A stretch of 64,000 nucleotides of DNA from Candidatus Bathyarchaeota archaeon (GCA_963767735.1 CAVYES010000007.1:321254-385253), one strand, 5' to 3'. Positions 1 through 11,029 are shown, numbered from the stretch's first letter. The notes: a model not told the origin generated them from the sequence alone. Made by a program: numbers and translations.

Positions 1-582
1 GCAATCCCGCTTTTGTTAAGCTACAAAAAAGAAGAATATGAGGAAACAAAAAAAGAAGCAGAGGACTTACTGCGAAAATACAAGTACCCCTTAATGGCTT
101 CCTTTGAAAAGTTGGACGCGCGCTTTATCATGATTCCCAAGAAAAATGCTTTTTTGGAGTCGGCTAAAAGAAATATTGAATCGGCTCAAATAACCAACGA
201 TACGATCTCCAATTTAAAAAGATTTTCGCAAGCATTGGGAGACACGTTGGACTTGCATAAAAGCGCGCTTAAACGTGGGGTTAGGACACGTGTGATAGTG
301 GAAAAGCCTCGAGACGAAAAAAGCATCGGCAGAGCCCTTTGTGATTTAATGGAATATCCTGATTTCGAAATGAGGTGTACGCCAAATCTTCCCCAGGTTC
401 TTGGCGCCTGCTTTGATGGCAAGATAGTCGCTATTCTGATTGACCCCTTGGCTAGCGTGCAGGAATCGCCATGTTTGACTACTGATCATTCAAGTTTTGT
501 AAAGCTGTTTCAAAATTACTTTAACGACCTTTGGGATTCAGGTAAGCCCATCCCCAAATTCGCTCTAGTTAAACGCCGTTAG
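1..582 (+). CDS. TrmB-like transcriptional regulator, C-terminal part (5' end outside window)
   Basis: Frame open from base 1. Coiled coil followed by a TrmB effector-like domain (ALKRGVRTRVIVEK...FDGK...YFNDLW). Confidence 0.65.
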   Translation, partial: AIPLLLSYKKEEYEETKKEAEDLLRKYKYPLMASFEKLDARFIMIPKKNAFLESAKRNIESAQITNDTISNLKRFSQALGDTLDLHKSALKRGVRTRVIVEKPRDEKSIGRALCDLMEYPDFEMRCTPNLPQVLGACFDGKIVAILIDPLASVQESPCLTTDHSSFVKLFQNYFNDLWDSGKPIPKFALVKRR

Positions 583-753
583 CAAACAGGAATGCCATCT
601 TGTTACTGACGACTGCTAAGAGGAACGGTTAACTGCCTGATTTTTTTCAGGGGTTTTGCTAACTTCCGTTTTTCGGATTTACAGATTCAATAAACACTGT
701 ACACTGTCCTTTTTTTGAGCAAAATATAAAAACAAAACTACAAATTTTGACTC

Positions 754-1923
754 ATGCAAGCTGGGTTTGGGACTCAGGCATCTGGTTATCGTTGGATAGT
801 TCTGGCAGTCTTATTGCTTAGTTGCGGCATATATTATTTCTCGCTTGAGTCAATTCCGCCTTTATTGATCAAGATTGAATCTGTTTTCAATATTGGCGCT
901 GGAACAGCCGGGCTTCTAACTTCATTTATAGTTATTCCTGGCCTTTTCATGGCAATTCCAGCCGGATTCTTGATAAACAAACAAGGTTTTCGAACAATAG
1001 GCTTCTTGTCTCTGATATGCATTTCTTTAGGGAACTTAGTTATCGCATTGTCAACAAGCTTTTTCCTTTTACTCTGTGGTGGATTTATGATGGGTTTTGG
1101 AAGTTGTTTCTTAACCATTGGAACGGCAGCGATGATTGCGAACTGGTTTAAGAGCAAAGAATTAGGGCTCGCAATGGGAATATTCTCGATTGGGTACCCT
1201 TTAGCTACCATAATCGCCTTTCTGACCGTTCCTCTCATGCAACTATCTTTGGGTTGGCATTCGTCGTTCTACTTGAATGCGATTATAGCAATCCTCTGTA
1301 GTTTATTCTTCCTTGTAACAGTCAAAGACACAGGCTTAGTTGTTGAATCACGCATGAAGAGTAATTCAACTGTTGAAATGTTTACTGAATATAGGTTAGT
1401 TTGGAAAATAGGCTTAATCTGGTTGCTCTACAGTATGGCGTCCGCAGCTTTTGTGACGTGGGCACCCAGCATACTTTCTATCTATAAGAACTTAAGTATA
1501 TTGAGTGCAAGTTTATTTTCAAGTTTGTTTTTGGTTTCAGAATTGCTTTTCATTCCTTTTTACGGATGGGCATCCGATAGATACGGAAATAGAAGGTCAC
1601 TCATGATTTCAGGTCTGATCGGCATGGCTTGTGGCGTTGTCGCTCTAATCTACTTAAATGGATTGATGTTAATACCTGTTATAATAATGATTGGTGCTTT
1701 TGGTTCGGCAGTACCGGCTCTAGCACTAGCTTGGATGGGTGAAATCATGCCGCTGAAAAAAAGCGGAGTCGGCTTTGGAATGATGTCTTTTTGGAACCGC
1801 GCCGCGACGGTGATCATTGTACCATCAGTCGGATTCTTGTTGGACGCTACGCGTTCAATTACATATAGTTTTGCGTTTATTTCCGTATTTGCAGTACTTA
1901 GCGCAATACTTACTTTGACTTAG
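754..1923 (+). CDS. MFS transporter
   Basis: About 12 hydrophobic segments; MFS motif A-like GWASDRYGNRR. Confidence 0.9.
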   Translation: MQAGFGTQASGYRWIVLAVLLLSCGIYYFSLESIPPLLIKIESVFNIGAGTAGLLTSFIVIPGLFMAIPAGFLINKQGFRTIGFLSLICISLGNLVIALSTSFFLLLCGGFMMGFGSCFLTIGTAAMIANWFKSKELGLAMGIFSIGYPLATIIAFLTVPLMQLSLGWHSSFYLNAIIAILCSLFFLVTVKDTGLVVESRMKSNSTVEMFTEYRLVWKIGLIWLLYSMASAAFVTWAPSILSIYKNLSILSASLFSSLFLVSELLFIPFYGWASDRYGNRRSLMISGLIGMACGVVALIYLNGLMLIPVIIMIGAFGSAVPALALAWMGEIMPLKKSGVGFGMMSFWNRAATVIIVPSVGFLLDATRSITYSFAFISVFAVLSAILTLT

Positions 1924-2226
1924 CCAAAGACACTATTAGATTAGATACGCTCACTCGCTGCATTATTAGTAAGCAACAATCTATTTTTAGTTGCGGCGGC
2001 TGTTTTTAGCTTTGTCGTTAGTGGTTGAGCTATTCAGAAGTTCAAGGAATTTGGCATTTTCTTCTTTTCTCCTGAAAGAAAATTTTCTGGAAACCAAAGA
2101 GAAAAGAAAATGGAATGCTTTGACTGCAGCTACTTCTGATTTTGACCAGAGCCTTCTTAGCACAAGTCTTTTCTTCAACGCAGTTCTAATATGAATAAAA
2201 TGGTTCAGGTAGCTGGACATCTGCAG

Positions 2227-2481
2227 CTATTCAATAGTGTAAAGTGATTGCTCAGGAGAGTTCTGCATTTCAAAGGGCAATGATTTGGTAACGCGTAGGA
2301 TGCTTGCAACAGGACCAGTCGTGATGTAAAGGATTTCAACTTCTGGAAACTTCGATTTAATTAATTCTGTAATTTTGTCAAAATCCTTATTGGTTGCTTT
2401 GAATATGAGCGCTCTTGGTTTGATTGTTTTCGCGAAAGCAGCTACTTTATCCGAACACGCTTCTCGCGTCACAGCCTCCAC
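2227..2481 (-). CDS. Small hypothetical protein (84 aa)
   Basis: Protein-like composition, GTG start with purine-rich GAAGGAGATG upstream; no recognised motif. Confidence 0.55.
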   Translation of the reverse strand: MEAVTREACSDKVAAFAKTIKPRALIFKATNKDFDKITELIKSKFPEVEILYITTGPVASILRVTKSLPFEMQNSPEQSLYTIE

Positions 2482-2576
2482 AGGATCATCTCCTTCAATA
2501 AATAATCCATATTCTTTTCTCCAATGCTTTCTAAAACTAAAAAAGGGGAAAGAGGGATTGTGGTTGTTAATCCTTT

Positions 2577-5450
2577 TTATGGTCGTTTCCGGAGCATCAA
2601 TAGTACAACTAAGGCGAGGACTACGAGGATTAAAACGAATAAGCCCGCGATTGCAGGAACAAAGTACGTATTAGCGACAGATACCGGAGTAGCTGCAGGT
2701 GCGGCAGTAGTACTAGATTCGCTTTGAACAACCATGTCGGTTTGTGCGCTTGATCCCCAGTAGCCATTGGTACCAGCGAATGTTGCAGTGACGAGGTAGT
2801 TGCCTGGAATATTTGGCGGAGTCCAAATGTAATGGTATAAGCCGTTTGAATCGGTTGTTGCTGTGCCAAGGGTGATGAAGTTGCCGTTGGGATCAAAAGC
2901 GGTTAAGGTTACTGTTACGCCTGTGAAGTTGGTTGGTTCTGCCTGCTGCTGGTAAACGTATTCCATCCAACTTGTCATGCTTGCGTCAGATGCACATGGA
3001 ACGCCGCTTGGGAAGTCAGCTTTCACCGTTGATTGTTGTGTCCCAGCTGAAGTATCCATTACTGTACCCTGTATGAGTCCGCTGTTACCTGCTGTTACTA
3101 TCGGCTGTGGTACCTGTACTGTAGTAGCGCTGGGTCCTCTGCCGACACTGTAAATTGAGTCGTCATATCCATTCCAGAATGCAACATATCCATTTGCAAT
3201 AACAGCTGCGCCGGCACTTGCACTAGCGTAATCCGAAAGGGTCCAGATTTGTTGGCCTGTGGTTGCGTTAATAGCACGTATAAGTGCGCCTTTGTAAACT
3301 GGGTCGGTGCTAGTGTGTTCTTCGCTAACTATGTATACCACTCCGTTACCTATACATGAAACGGCGCTTGGATAATCGCCATAAGAAGTTTCAAAACCAG
3401 AGTTAGTGCTATTATCAGAGCCCATTGGGCCGTTGCCGTAGGTCCATAATAGTTTTCCAGTTAAATCGTTATAGCAGTAGCATATTCCTGCGTATCCCAT
3501 GCTGTAAAGGTTGCCGTAAGCCATAGTGCTGCCGTAACTGGTAGTGTAGTAGTCGAAGGATGCTTGAGATGCAGTTGGACCCCATAGCTGGGCGCCATTT
3601 GTTAAGCTGTATCCTACCCATTGCATAGTTTCACCGTAATTTATAACGAAGACACGAGTCTGCCAGTCGACTGATGAAATAGTGAGAGTAAGGTTGCCTG
3701 CTGGCGGGTTATAGTTCTGCATCCAAAGTATCTCACCGATTGGACCAACAGTTGCGTTTAGGTTAACTGTGAACAGTGTATATGGAAGTTGTGGAAAGCC
3801 GCTATAGACTCTCATGAAACCACCAGGTAAGGTCGCGTTTCTGCAAAGCATTACATCGCCAGGGTTAGCTGCGACTATCGTTACGGGGTTTGATCCAGGA
3901 GTGGGCTGCGTTATTGCTTCTCCGGCGGCGCTCAAGGTTGCTTGCGTAACCAAAGGCATGGTGTTTAGCCAGGGTACTGAAACGTTCCAGTCATAAGTGG
4001 TTTGTGCACCAATGTTGAGTGGGTATACAGTAGTTGGGGTTATGGGGATGTTTGCATTGACTGTTAGCGTGGAACCATAGGGGACTGCGATGCTCGCGCC
4101 ACTCGGCAGGGTTCCAGTTTCGCCTGAGATTGGAATAGGAATAGTTGAAATGAGAGCTCCGTTGCTTGCGTTCACTATTGATGGTGACAAGCTTCCAGTA
4201 AAGGTGTATGGATTTACATCGTATTGCCACATTTTGGATGAGTTCCACTGGGCTAAATACCAGTTCGTTTTAGCGGCTGTGCCTGCATTAACAAAGACAT
4301 ATCGCAGTAGTTCACCGCTTGGACCCATTACTGACGTGCCTGCGGGAACGCCAGTTACGTTAAACAGTGCCTCTCCTGTGTATGCGTCAAAAGCTTGGGC
4401 AAAGTTAGCTGTGAATAGTATAGGTGGAAAAACTCCGTGCTGTTCGCCGTTCCAAACGTCATATACGTAACCGAATGACAGCGGCGGTACAGTAGTGCTG
4501 CTCCAAAGCTGTTGTCCTGTTTGCAGGTTAACGCACACTGTTGGTCCACTACTGGGTCCCGTGAATGATACAGTTTCCGTGTAGATTAGGTAACCGTCTA
4601 TTACTATCGGATTGACGAATCTTTGCTGGTAGGCAGAGCCCTCGAAGTAGCCGACTCCCACATCATTGGGAAACGGGGCTCCCCCGACAATTCCGCCCAT
4701 TTCAACCGGTTGTGTCCACATGATGTGAGAAGTCATAGGTCCTATAGCATCGCCAGGGTAATTTGCGGAGGTAGTAAAGCCTGCTAGAGATGGTGACCCT
4801 GTACCTAGCCAGTTTGACGAAATCGCGTACCAGTTACTGTTCTCGCCGTATATTGGGGTGTTCCAGTAATTTGTCGGTAACGGTTCGCTAGTTGTAGCAG
4901 CGGGTATTTGCGTTTGCTGCACAACAAGTGTTGTTGATGCACTGCTCGGCAGATAAGTATCGTTAATCAAATTTGAACCGGAATACCCGTCGCCATTCGC
5001 TCCGTACACCTGTCCTGGGAAAGCAAAGGTAAGGTTGTATGTGCCAACAGCTGTAGGGGTGAAGTATGTGTACACATTTGATGTCGGATCTGAGATGACT
5101 GCAAAAGTCTGTGTTGTGACCGCACCGTTTGGCGCAGTGATGGTAAGCTTATAGTTTTCAAATCTATAGTCATTTGACGTTAATGCTGCACTGCATGTGT
5201 AACCATTCGTTCCAACAATGGCAGTGTTTCCACCAGCCGCTCCGTAAACGGGATCCAGCCACATATAAACGACCAGTGTCTGACCGATACCAATCGGGTT
5301 AGGTGACGCCATAATGTAAGCGTACGTCGGAATTTGCCAAGGAGGTGTATGTGCACTAGCGCTTGGCATTAATGCTGTTGAAGCTCCTATTGAAATTGTT
5401 AAGATTGCTGCGATCAAAATAGCCAAAGTTTTACCTTTTAGATTTTGCAT
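2577..5450 (-). CDS. Large secreted, membrane-anchored PQQ-like beta-propeller repeat protein (paralogue 1)
   Basis: Signal peptide MQNLKGK..., repeated xxTGxxLW propeller motifs, C-terminal Ig-like segment, TM helix plus LRKRP. Start placed at the ATG shared with the paralogue at 32591-35593. Confidence 0.85.
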   Translation of the reverse strand: MQNLKGKTLAILIAAILTISIGASTALMPSASAHTPPWQIPTYAYIMASPNPIGIGQTLVVYMWLDPVYGAAGGNTAIVGTNGYTCSAALTSNDYRFENYKLTITAPNGAVTTQTFAVISDPTSNVYTYFTPTAVGTYNLTFAFPGQVYGANGDGYSGSNLINDTYLPSSASTTLVVQQTQIPAATTSEPLPTNYWNTPIYGENSNWYAISSNWLGTGSPSLAGFTTSANYPGDAIGPMTSHIMWTQPVEMGGIVGGAPFPNDVGVGYFEGSAYQQRFVNPIVIDGYLIYTETVSFTGPSSGPTVCVNLQTGQQLWSSTTVPPLSFGYVYDVWNGEQHGVFPPILFTANFAQAFDAYTGEALFNVTGVPAGTSVMGPSGELLRYVFVNAGTAAKTNWYLAQWNSSKMWQYDVNPYTFTGSLSPSIVNASNGALISTIPIPISGETGTLPSGASIAVPYGSTLTVNANIPITPTTVYPLNIGAQTTYDWNVSVPWLNTMPLVTQATLSAAGEAITQPTPGSNPVTIVAANPGDVMLCRNATLPGGFMRVYSGFPQLPYTLFTVNLNATVGPIGEILWMQNYNPPAGNLTLTISSVDWQTRVFVINYGETMQWVGYSLTNGAQLWGPTASQASFDYYTTSYGSTMAYGNLYSMGYAGICYCYNDLTGKLLWTYGNGPMGSDNSTNSGFETSYGDYPSAVSCIGNGVVYIVSEEHTSTDPVYKGALIRAINATTGQQIWTLSDYASASAGAAVIANGYVAFWNGYDDSIYSVGRGPSATTVQVPQPIVTAGNSGLIQGTVMDTSAGTQQSTVKADFPSGVPCASDASMTSWMEYVYQQQAEPTNFTGVTVTLTAFDPNGNFITLGTATTDSNGLYHYIWTPPNIPGNYLVTATFAGTNGYWGSSAQTDMVVQSESSTTAAPAATPVSVANTYFVPAIAGLFVLILVVLALVVLLMLRKRP

Positions 5451-6009
5451 TTTTCTTTCCTTCAATTTAATTTTGTTTTTGTTGAGCAAGAAGACTTAAT
5501 GCTCTGCCCAACGAAGCCCCTTTATGTTACTAACTTGCTTAAGAAACTTTGTAGAATAGTGACATTTACCTCTATTTTTTTACAAAAATTAGTCGATTTT
5601 TTGAAAAGTAACTAATTTATGTAAATTACTCCAAAAGGAGACAAAACTTCAGAGAAAATTACGATTATAAAAGAAAAAGAGCGGATCGCGGGAGACATCG
5701 CCACAGAGTATGTTTCTCCAAACAGTACTTAGCAAATAAAAACTACTATTATTTGTCAAAGCAAAAAAAGCGTTTATTTCTTGTCTTTTGACAGTTTACT
5801 CTCAAGCTCCAATACTCGTTTAAGCAATGCTTCAAGCGCGGGTTTGCTGCTTTCGATCTGTGCGACCTTAGCTTTTAACTTAGCTATTTCAGCTGCTTTC
5901 TTTATGCCTTTTTTGCAAGCATTGAAACGGCCTATCAGCGCCGGGAGAGCACACGAAAAGAAAAAGAACGTTTATATGTAAATTCTTGATTTGGCACGGG
6001 TTCAAAATC

Positions 6010-6297
6010 CTAAGCCCGCGAAAACCTGTAGCCGCACTCACGGCAAAGGTAAAGCTGAATCCTTCCTGTACGTGTTTGCCTCATTCCGTCCTTGAAGTTC
6101 CTCTGGCTGCCGCACTCTGGGCAAGTGACCTTCTGTTTTTCCAAACTTCTGCCTTTCCAAACTTCCTCTGACAATATCTTGCCGCAATATGGGCAATTTA
6201 CGATTTTTTGCTCCAATGTTTCTGCCTCCTTATTTTTTTTAGACCAAGTTTGCCTCTCAAAGAAAAAAAGAGGGATTTTTGCGGGAGATTTCTCCAC
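6010..6297 (-). pseudogene. Zinc-ribbon fragment resembling an IS1 InsA-like or archaeal integrase N-terminal domain
   Basis: CPECGS-x-KDGMR...IQLYLCRECGYRFS, then a stop with no catalytic domain following. Confidence 0.45.
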
Positions 6298-6359
6298 CCC
6301 GAGAAGATATAATTTTACCTATCGCTTCAACTTAAAAAAATAGAAAATCAAGATTTCGG

Positions 6360-7178
6360 CTAGATTTTTTGTCCGCAATGAGTACAGTAGCTTGCGTCTG
6401 TTTGGTTCGGTGCTCCACAATAACGGCAATATTTTATTTGTCCAGAAACAGGCGAAGCATTGATTGGCGAGGCGGCTTGCATTGGAACGGCTGTCGTTTG
6501 TACCCTGAAATAGGCTTTTGCCAAAAGTACCCAAGCAACATTCTGTATTAAATTGCCAACAGTTAGTAGGGCAAGCAGAGTGTTAAGTGATAAAGCAACA
6601 TAAAAGCCAACTACCCCAAATGTTACTGCAATGACAATATTTACTAATGCGCCAGCTAACACCAATTTAGCGCCAGTTCTAAACAGGGGCACCTTGGATT
6701 TGTCAGATAGCAAATTAAATGCCCGCACAACAAACACTATCCAAACTACGGCGGCAAGGCTGAAAATAGGCGAAATAAAACCAAACGTCTTCGAGGATGA
6801 GAACGAAGTTGAGGAGCTTAAGTTTGGGAAAAAGGTTGCAAAATTAAATAAGATAATTATCACCGCAATTACGATTGCTACTACAACCGCAATAATTGTG
6901 ATTACAATTCCGTAGACGAGGTTACTGAATATTCTGGGTTCATTATAGTCTTTAGAGAAACCATACATTGCTATGAGGAACAGCAGAAAACCAATAACAG
7001 TTGAAACAGCAAATACGTCGCCTATAAAGTTTGATGTCGCGGAAATTCCTGTTGAATTAGGAAATACGTCGTGGAAAAGGGAAGCGATCACGCTGAAAAC
7101 GCCGAGCAGAGTAAATACAGCTCCGATTCCGCCCAATGTTCGGTCAGATTCAATAGTCAACTTCTCAGCTCTTGTCAA
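6360..7178 (-). CDS. DUF996-like membrane protein with C-terminal zinc ribbon
   Basis: TLGGIGA start, multiple TM helices, terminal CRYCG...CTHCG. Confidence 0.8.
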   Translation of the reverse strand: MTRAEKLTIESDRTLGGIGAVFTLLGVFSVIASLFHDVFPNSTGISATSNFIGDVFAVSTVIGFLLFLIAMYGFSKDYNEPRIFSNLVYGIVITIIAVVVAIVIAVIIILFNFATFFPNLSSSTSFSSSKTFGFISPIFSLAAVVWIVFVVRAFNLLSDKSKVPLFRTGAKLVLAGALVNIVIAVTFGVVGFYVALSLNTLLALLTVGNLIQNVAWVLLAKAYFRVQTTAVPMQAASPINASPVSGQIKYCRYCGAPNQTDASYCTHCGQKI

Positions 7179-7260
7179 CCGCCATTATGCAGCGGTTAAG
7201 GGATAAGTTTTTTGATAGCTACAAGCGCTTTTATTTGCACTTTTGTATATTGAAAAGCAC

Positions 7261-7380
7261 CATTTCATGTTGAAAGTGCTGGGCCTTCCTTCTATGTTGG
7301 AAGTATGTTGAATCATGTTTGACGTCTAATAAGAGCGTCTAGCAGACCAGGGGGTAGGCTTGTGCACACACAAATACCTA
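7261..7380 (-). repeat. Dispersed ~120-bp repeat family B, copy 1
   Basis: Reverse complement aligns with 42251-42369: TTTGTGTGTGC, GGTCTRCTAGA, AAACATGATTCAACATACTT, GCACTTTCAACATGAAA. Confidence 0.85.
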
Positions 7381-7424
7381 GTCCTCAGAGTGAAGAAGCC
7401 TAAGAAATCATTTTCCCCGAAAGC

Positions 7425-8426
7425 CTAATCCTTTATGTTACCTACTCTTAGTTTATCCACGTCGGCGTCGCTTGGAACTGATACGGTTATGGATTTGTTG
7501 AGGGTTTCTCTGCCAAAATTCACTTTAACTCCGGCTGTTTTAGCGTCGGAGTAGTGTGCGGTTAATTTGGCGGCGGTTTCAATGGCTTTTTTGGTTTTAG
7601 GCCCTTGCAAAATTGTTATTGGACCAACAATTTCTGGCAGCTCAAAATAGTATTCGTCCACTTTTTTTCTAACGGTTAAAAACTTGTTTTCCGCCTCGTT
7701 TCTTCCTACAACTATTTTGTTTTTGCCTGCTCTAAAATGCCTGCCAACTCGCAGCAAAGCGATATCTGCCATGGAAACGCGTTTTTTATGGGCGAAGAGG
7801 TCTCGGATTTTCTTTGCGTATTCTTCGCAGGTTAATAGGCATCCGCCCGCGGGACAAGGATAATCCTTAATGCTGAATTTCTCTGCAAGCTTGAACTGGG
7901 GCTTTCGGGACCTTCCCTGAATATCCAGCAGCTTAGAGCGGTCAACCAGACCCTTCTTTTCAGCTTCCGTTTCCGGCAATAACCTGGCGGACAGAGGTCT
8001 TAGAACCTTGCCCTCCAAACCGCCTTCCTTTTCAATAAGCATCATTGCAGGGTAATGCTGAGACATGGGACGTTCATCCAAAACTTCGCCTGTAAAAATG
8101 AAGGCTGCACCCATCTCTTTTGCGTACTTCTTGGCTTTTTTCATGAGGAAAATTCTGCAGTCAACGCAGGGATTCATATTCCTGCCATAACCATGCTTGG
8201 GATTGCGAAGCATCCGCAAATAATCGTTCCCAGCAGCAACCACTTTCAACGGCACATTCAACTGTTTAGCGGCATCTACTGCTGCGCAACCGTCTTTTTT
8301 GCAGAGACAAAACGGGCTTCTAACGTTAAAGGCAGTTACTTCGATGCCTTGCTTTAGAATCATCTCTGTAGCAAGAATGCTGTCTAATCCACCTGAAAGT
8401 AAACCTAAAGCCTTAACGCGACTCAT
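7425..8426 (-). CDS. PP-loop tRNA sulfurtransferase-like protein (ThiI/MnmA-related) with DUF814/NFACT-R-like C-terminus
   Basis: LLSGGLDS PP-loop, NPCVDC, RPMSQ, PAGGCLLT, GRHFR...VGRNE. Confidence 0.8.
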   Translation of the reverse strand: MSRVKALGLLSGGLDSILATEMILKQGIEVTAFNVRSPFCLCKKDGCAAVDAAKQLNVPLKVVAAGNDYLRMLRNPKHGYGRNMNPCVDCRIFLMKKAKKYAKEMGAAFIFTGEVLDERPMSQHYPAMMLIEKEGGLEGKVLRPLSARLLPETEAEKKGLVDRSKLLDIQGRSRKPQFKLAEKFSIKDYPCPAGGCLLTCEEYAKKIRDLFAHKKRVSMADIALLRVGRHFRAGKNKIVVGRNEAENKFLTVRKKVDEYYFELPEIVGPITILQGPKTKKAIETAAKLTAHYSDAKTAGVKVNFGRETLNKSITVSVPSDADVDKLRVGNIKD

Positions 8427-8543
8427 ACCGCCAATAGCATCCTTACCCTAAATAATAATCTAACGATAAATATTCAAAGAAAAAACCTGAAAAAACATTC
8501 TGGAAGTTTCCGCTGAGCATAACACATTATTATGCTTCACTGA

Positions 8544-8942
8544 CAAAACAGCAAAATAACCGCGTTTTCCTCAGGATACATTCCGCAAGATAAACCAGAA
8601 ACTTTCTTCAACTGGGAAATCGTCGTTGACAAAGATTACGGAGGATACGGCTTACAAAAGCAGATGCTTATTCATCAAATCCGAAAAACGGAAGCAAAAT
8701 GTTTTGAGGGCACAGTAAACCCGTCAAATGAAGCGTTAAGAAGAAACTACTGCGAATTAGCTCAACTACTAAATACCAAATGCGAAGAATACGTGTTATT
8801 TAGCGAAGGCGACTTCGAAAACGACAGCCACGAACCAGAAATCCTCTACCGAATCGGACTAATTTCCAAAAACGAGATAAAACTAGTCAGCATGCAGTTG
8901 ATAGCAACTTTAAGCAGCTCCCATCATTTTCACAAAATTTGA
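8544..8942 (+). pseudogene. 5'-truncated EctA-like (diaminobutyrate acetyltransferase-like) GNAT acetyltransferase
   Basis: Frame upstream of the annotated ATG reads SSGYIPQDKPETFFNWEIVVD..GYGLQKQML, then EGTVNPSNEA...HEPEILYRIG. In-frame TGA at 8541-8543 and no intact N-terminus. Confidence 0.6.
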
Positions 8943-9087
8943 TGAGCGGGTAGTTTCACTCTTGCTTAATGCGCATTGCGAAATTCTCTTTTTCAGTCAT
9001 CCCCAGCTTGTTTGCTACCTTTTTAGTAGAATAATTTAAAAACTCATTTGAAAATAAAATATGTGGATTTATGCCCAAGTATGAGGA

Positions 9088-10257
9088 TTGGCTTTGGACA
9101 TTAGCATCTTTATTCCGGTTTACAAAGAATCGAACCAGTTAGAGTCCATGTTAAATAAGTTAAGTTCTCAAAACGTAAAAAAAGAAGTTTTTGTAACAGT
9201 TGATGAGCCAACCCAAGATTTTTCCGAGAAAATAAAACAGTTAGAAAACGAGAACACAAAATTCATCGTTAACAAAGAACGCGTAGGGAAGGCGAACGCA
9301 CTAAACAGCGCAGTAAAGTTGTCTTTTGGAAAAGTGCTGCTTTTCCTTGATTCCGACGTTGAAATAAGTGATGCTGCTGATTTTTTGAAAAAAATTATTA
9401 TGGAAATGCAGCTGGCTGACGTGCTTGATATAAAAAAGAAGGTTGCAAAAGGGAAATCATTTTTGTCCAAGATGGCGTACTATGAATATTTTACGTTTAA
9501 CATTAGCACTTGGTTATCGTCAAGGTACATGCACAAGTGCCCCGCCGTGAACGGCGCAGCATTTGCGATTAAACGGGAAATGTTCGAGAAAATTGGCGGT
9601 TTCCACAAGGTTGTGGCGGAAGACATTGACATCGCAACAAGAGCTTTCCTTGAAGGCAGCAGCTTCGCGTACACTACTGACGTTGAAGTAAAAAACGTTG
9701 TTTACTCTGAATGGGGAAAATGGTTTAAGCAGCGGCGAAGATGGGCAATAGGTCAGGCGCTGTGGTTTGGAAACTGGTATCGTGATTTAGCAAAAAAATT
9801 CGTAAAGAAACCGCAAGTTTTTCTGCCAAGTTTATTCTTTCTCTATCCTTCAGTCGCCATTTTTCTTTTGAGCGTCCTTATGCCAAACCTCTGGGTGTAC
9901 AATTCGATACTGATTTTCTCGCTGTTTTTATCGGTAAAATTCAACATTTTATTGCCAGTTTTTCTAGTTTCTCTTGCAACCGCAAACTTACTTAAAGTGC
10001 TGGTGATTTCGCTAGCTAGTTTCGGGTTAACTGCCGCCGTTTTCTACGGTTTCTCAAGAAAACTCGGGTTTAGAGAAATAAAACTTCACGAATTATTCGT
10101 TTACTACTTTTTCTACTCAAACATATGGCTGGTGCTTATAATTATTGGTTCTATCCAAGTTTTCGTTTTTAAGAAAAAAGTTGCGCCAGGCTGGAGAACT
10201 GAGGCGCCAAAAAGCGACATGCAACAAGTCAGTCCTTCTTCATTGCCTGCGCCTTGA
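9088..10257 (+). CDS. Glycosyltransferase family 2 with C-terminal TM helices
   Basis: GKANALN, FLDSD, AED and QRRRW motifs. Confidence 0.9.
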   Translation: MALDISIFIPVYKESNQLESMLNKLSSQNVKKEVFVTVDEPTQDFSEKIKQLENENTKFIVNKERVGKANALNSAVKLSFGKVLLFLDSDVEISDAADFLKKIIMEMQLADVLDIKKKVAKGKSFLSKMAYYEYFTFNISTWLSSRYMHKCPAVNGAAFAIKREMFEKIGGFHKVVAEDIDIATRAFLEGSSFAYTTDVEVKNVVYSEWGKWFKQRRRWAIGQALWFGNWYRDLAKKFVKKPQVFLPSLFFLYPSVAIFLLSVLMPNLWVYNSILIFSLFLSVKFNILLPVFLVSLATANLLKVLVISLASFGLTAAVFYGFSRKLGFREIKLHELFVYYFFYSNIWLVLIIIGSIQVFVFKKKVAPGWRTEAPKSDMQQVSPSSLPAP

Positions 10258-10939
10258 GCTCTTTAGGCATCAGTTCAATCGCGTACCTTAAAGCTGTTCT
10301 AGGCATAATCTTCCTGTTTTGAACGACGTAGTCGAAAACCTCTTTTTGATGCTTTCGGCTTTCCTCTTTAAGCAGCCACCCATAACCTTTCTGCACTATA
10401 TCGTCCTCGTCAATCAACAGCAGGTCACATATCTCGAAGGCTCCTTGCATGAAACAGCCTTTTTTCGCTGGAACAATAAGCGACACAGTCGCAGCCCGTT
10501 TAAGCCAACGGTTTTCAGATTTACCCCACACTTTCAGTTCATTCAGGCTCTCTGGATATTTCTCGATTAAGTCGCCGATGGTGTGGTTGCAGAAACTGTC
10601 GCATTTAGCCCAATTATTGATGTACCGTTCAATCCATATCTTAAATGTTGCCAAATCGCCTGGTTCAATGTGCTCGATGTAGTTGGGCAGCCAGAAGGAA
10701 ACTATGAACGCTTCTTCAGTGAAGTCTGAACGGAAAAGCTCTTCGCATAACTTGAAAATTTCCTGTTTGTCCCGATTTTTTATTTGTTTCCAATATTTTT
10801 TTGCTATTTTGCCGACGACTTCAGTTTTGACCCCATAATATTTTACTTGTTCTTTAAAGAAACGTTGGAAACTTTTTTGTATTTGCTGATCTGTATTGGC
10901 TTTGAGTTCTTCTCTTATCTGCACGAGAATATTGTTCAT
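10229..10939 (-). CDS. DNA alkylation repair protein (AlkD-like)
   Basis: INNWAKCD, SENRWLKR, IVQKGYGWLLKE, MPRTALRYAIE. Confidence 0.9.
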   Translation of the reverse strand: MNNILVQIREELKANTDQQIQKSFQRFFKEQVKYYGVKTEVVGKIAKKYWKQIKNRDKQEIFKLCEELFRSDFTEEAFIVSFWLPNYIEHIEPGDLATFKIWIERYINNWAKCDSFCNHTIGDLIEKYPESLNELKVWGKSENRWLKRAATVSLIVPAKKGCFMQGAFEICDLLLIDEDDIVQKGYGWLLKEESRKHQKEVFDYVVQNRKIMPRTALRYAIELMPKELKAQAMKKD

Positions 10940-11029
10940 GGCTTAAAGGTAGACTTAATGAAATAATAGCTTTTTCTAAATATTGTGGACGAAAAAGTTG
11001 AGCGTAAAATCAAGGAAGAGAAGTGTTGG

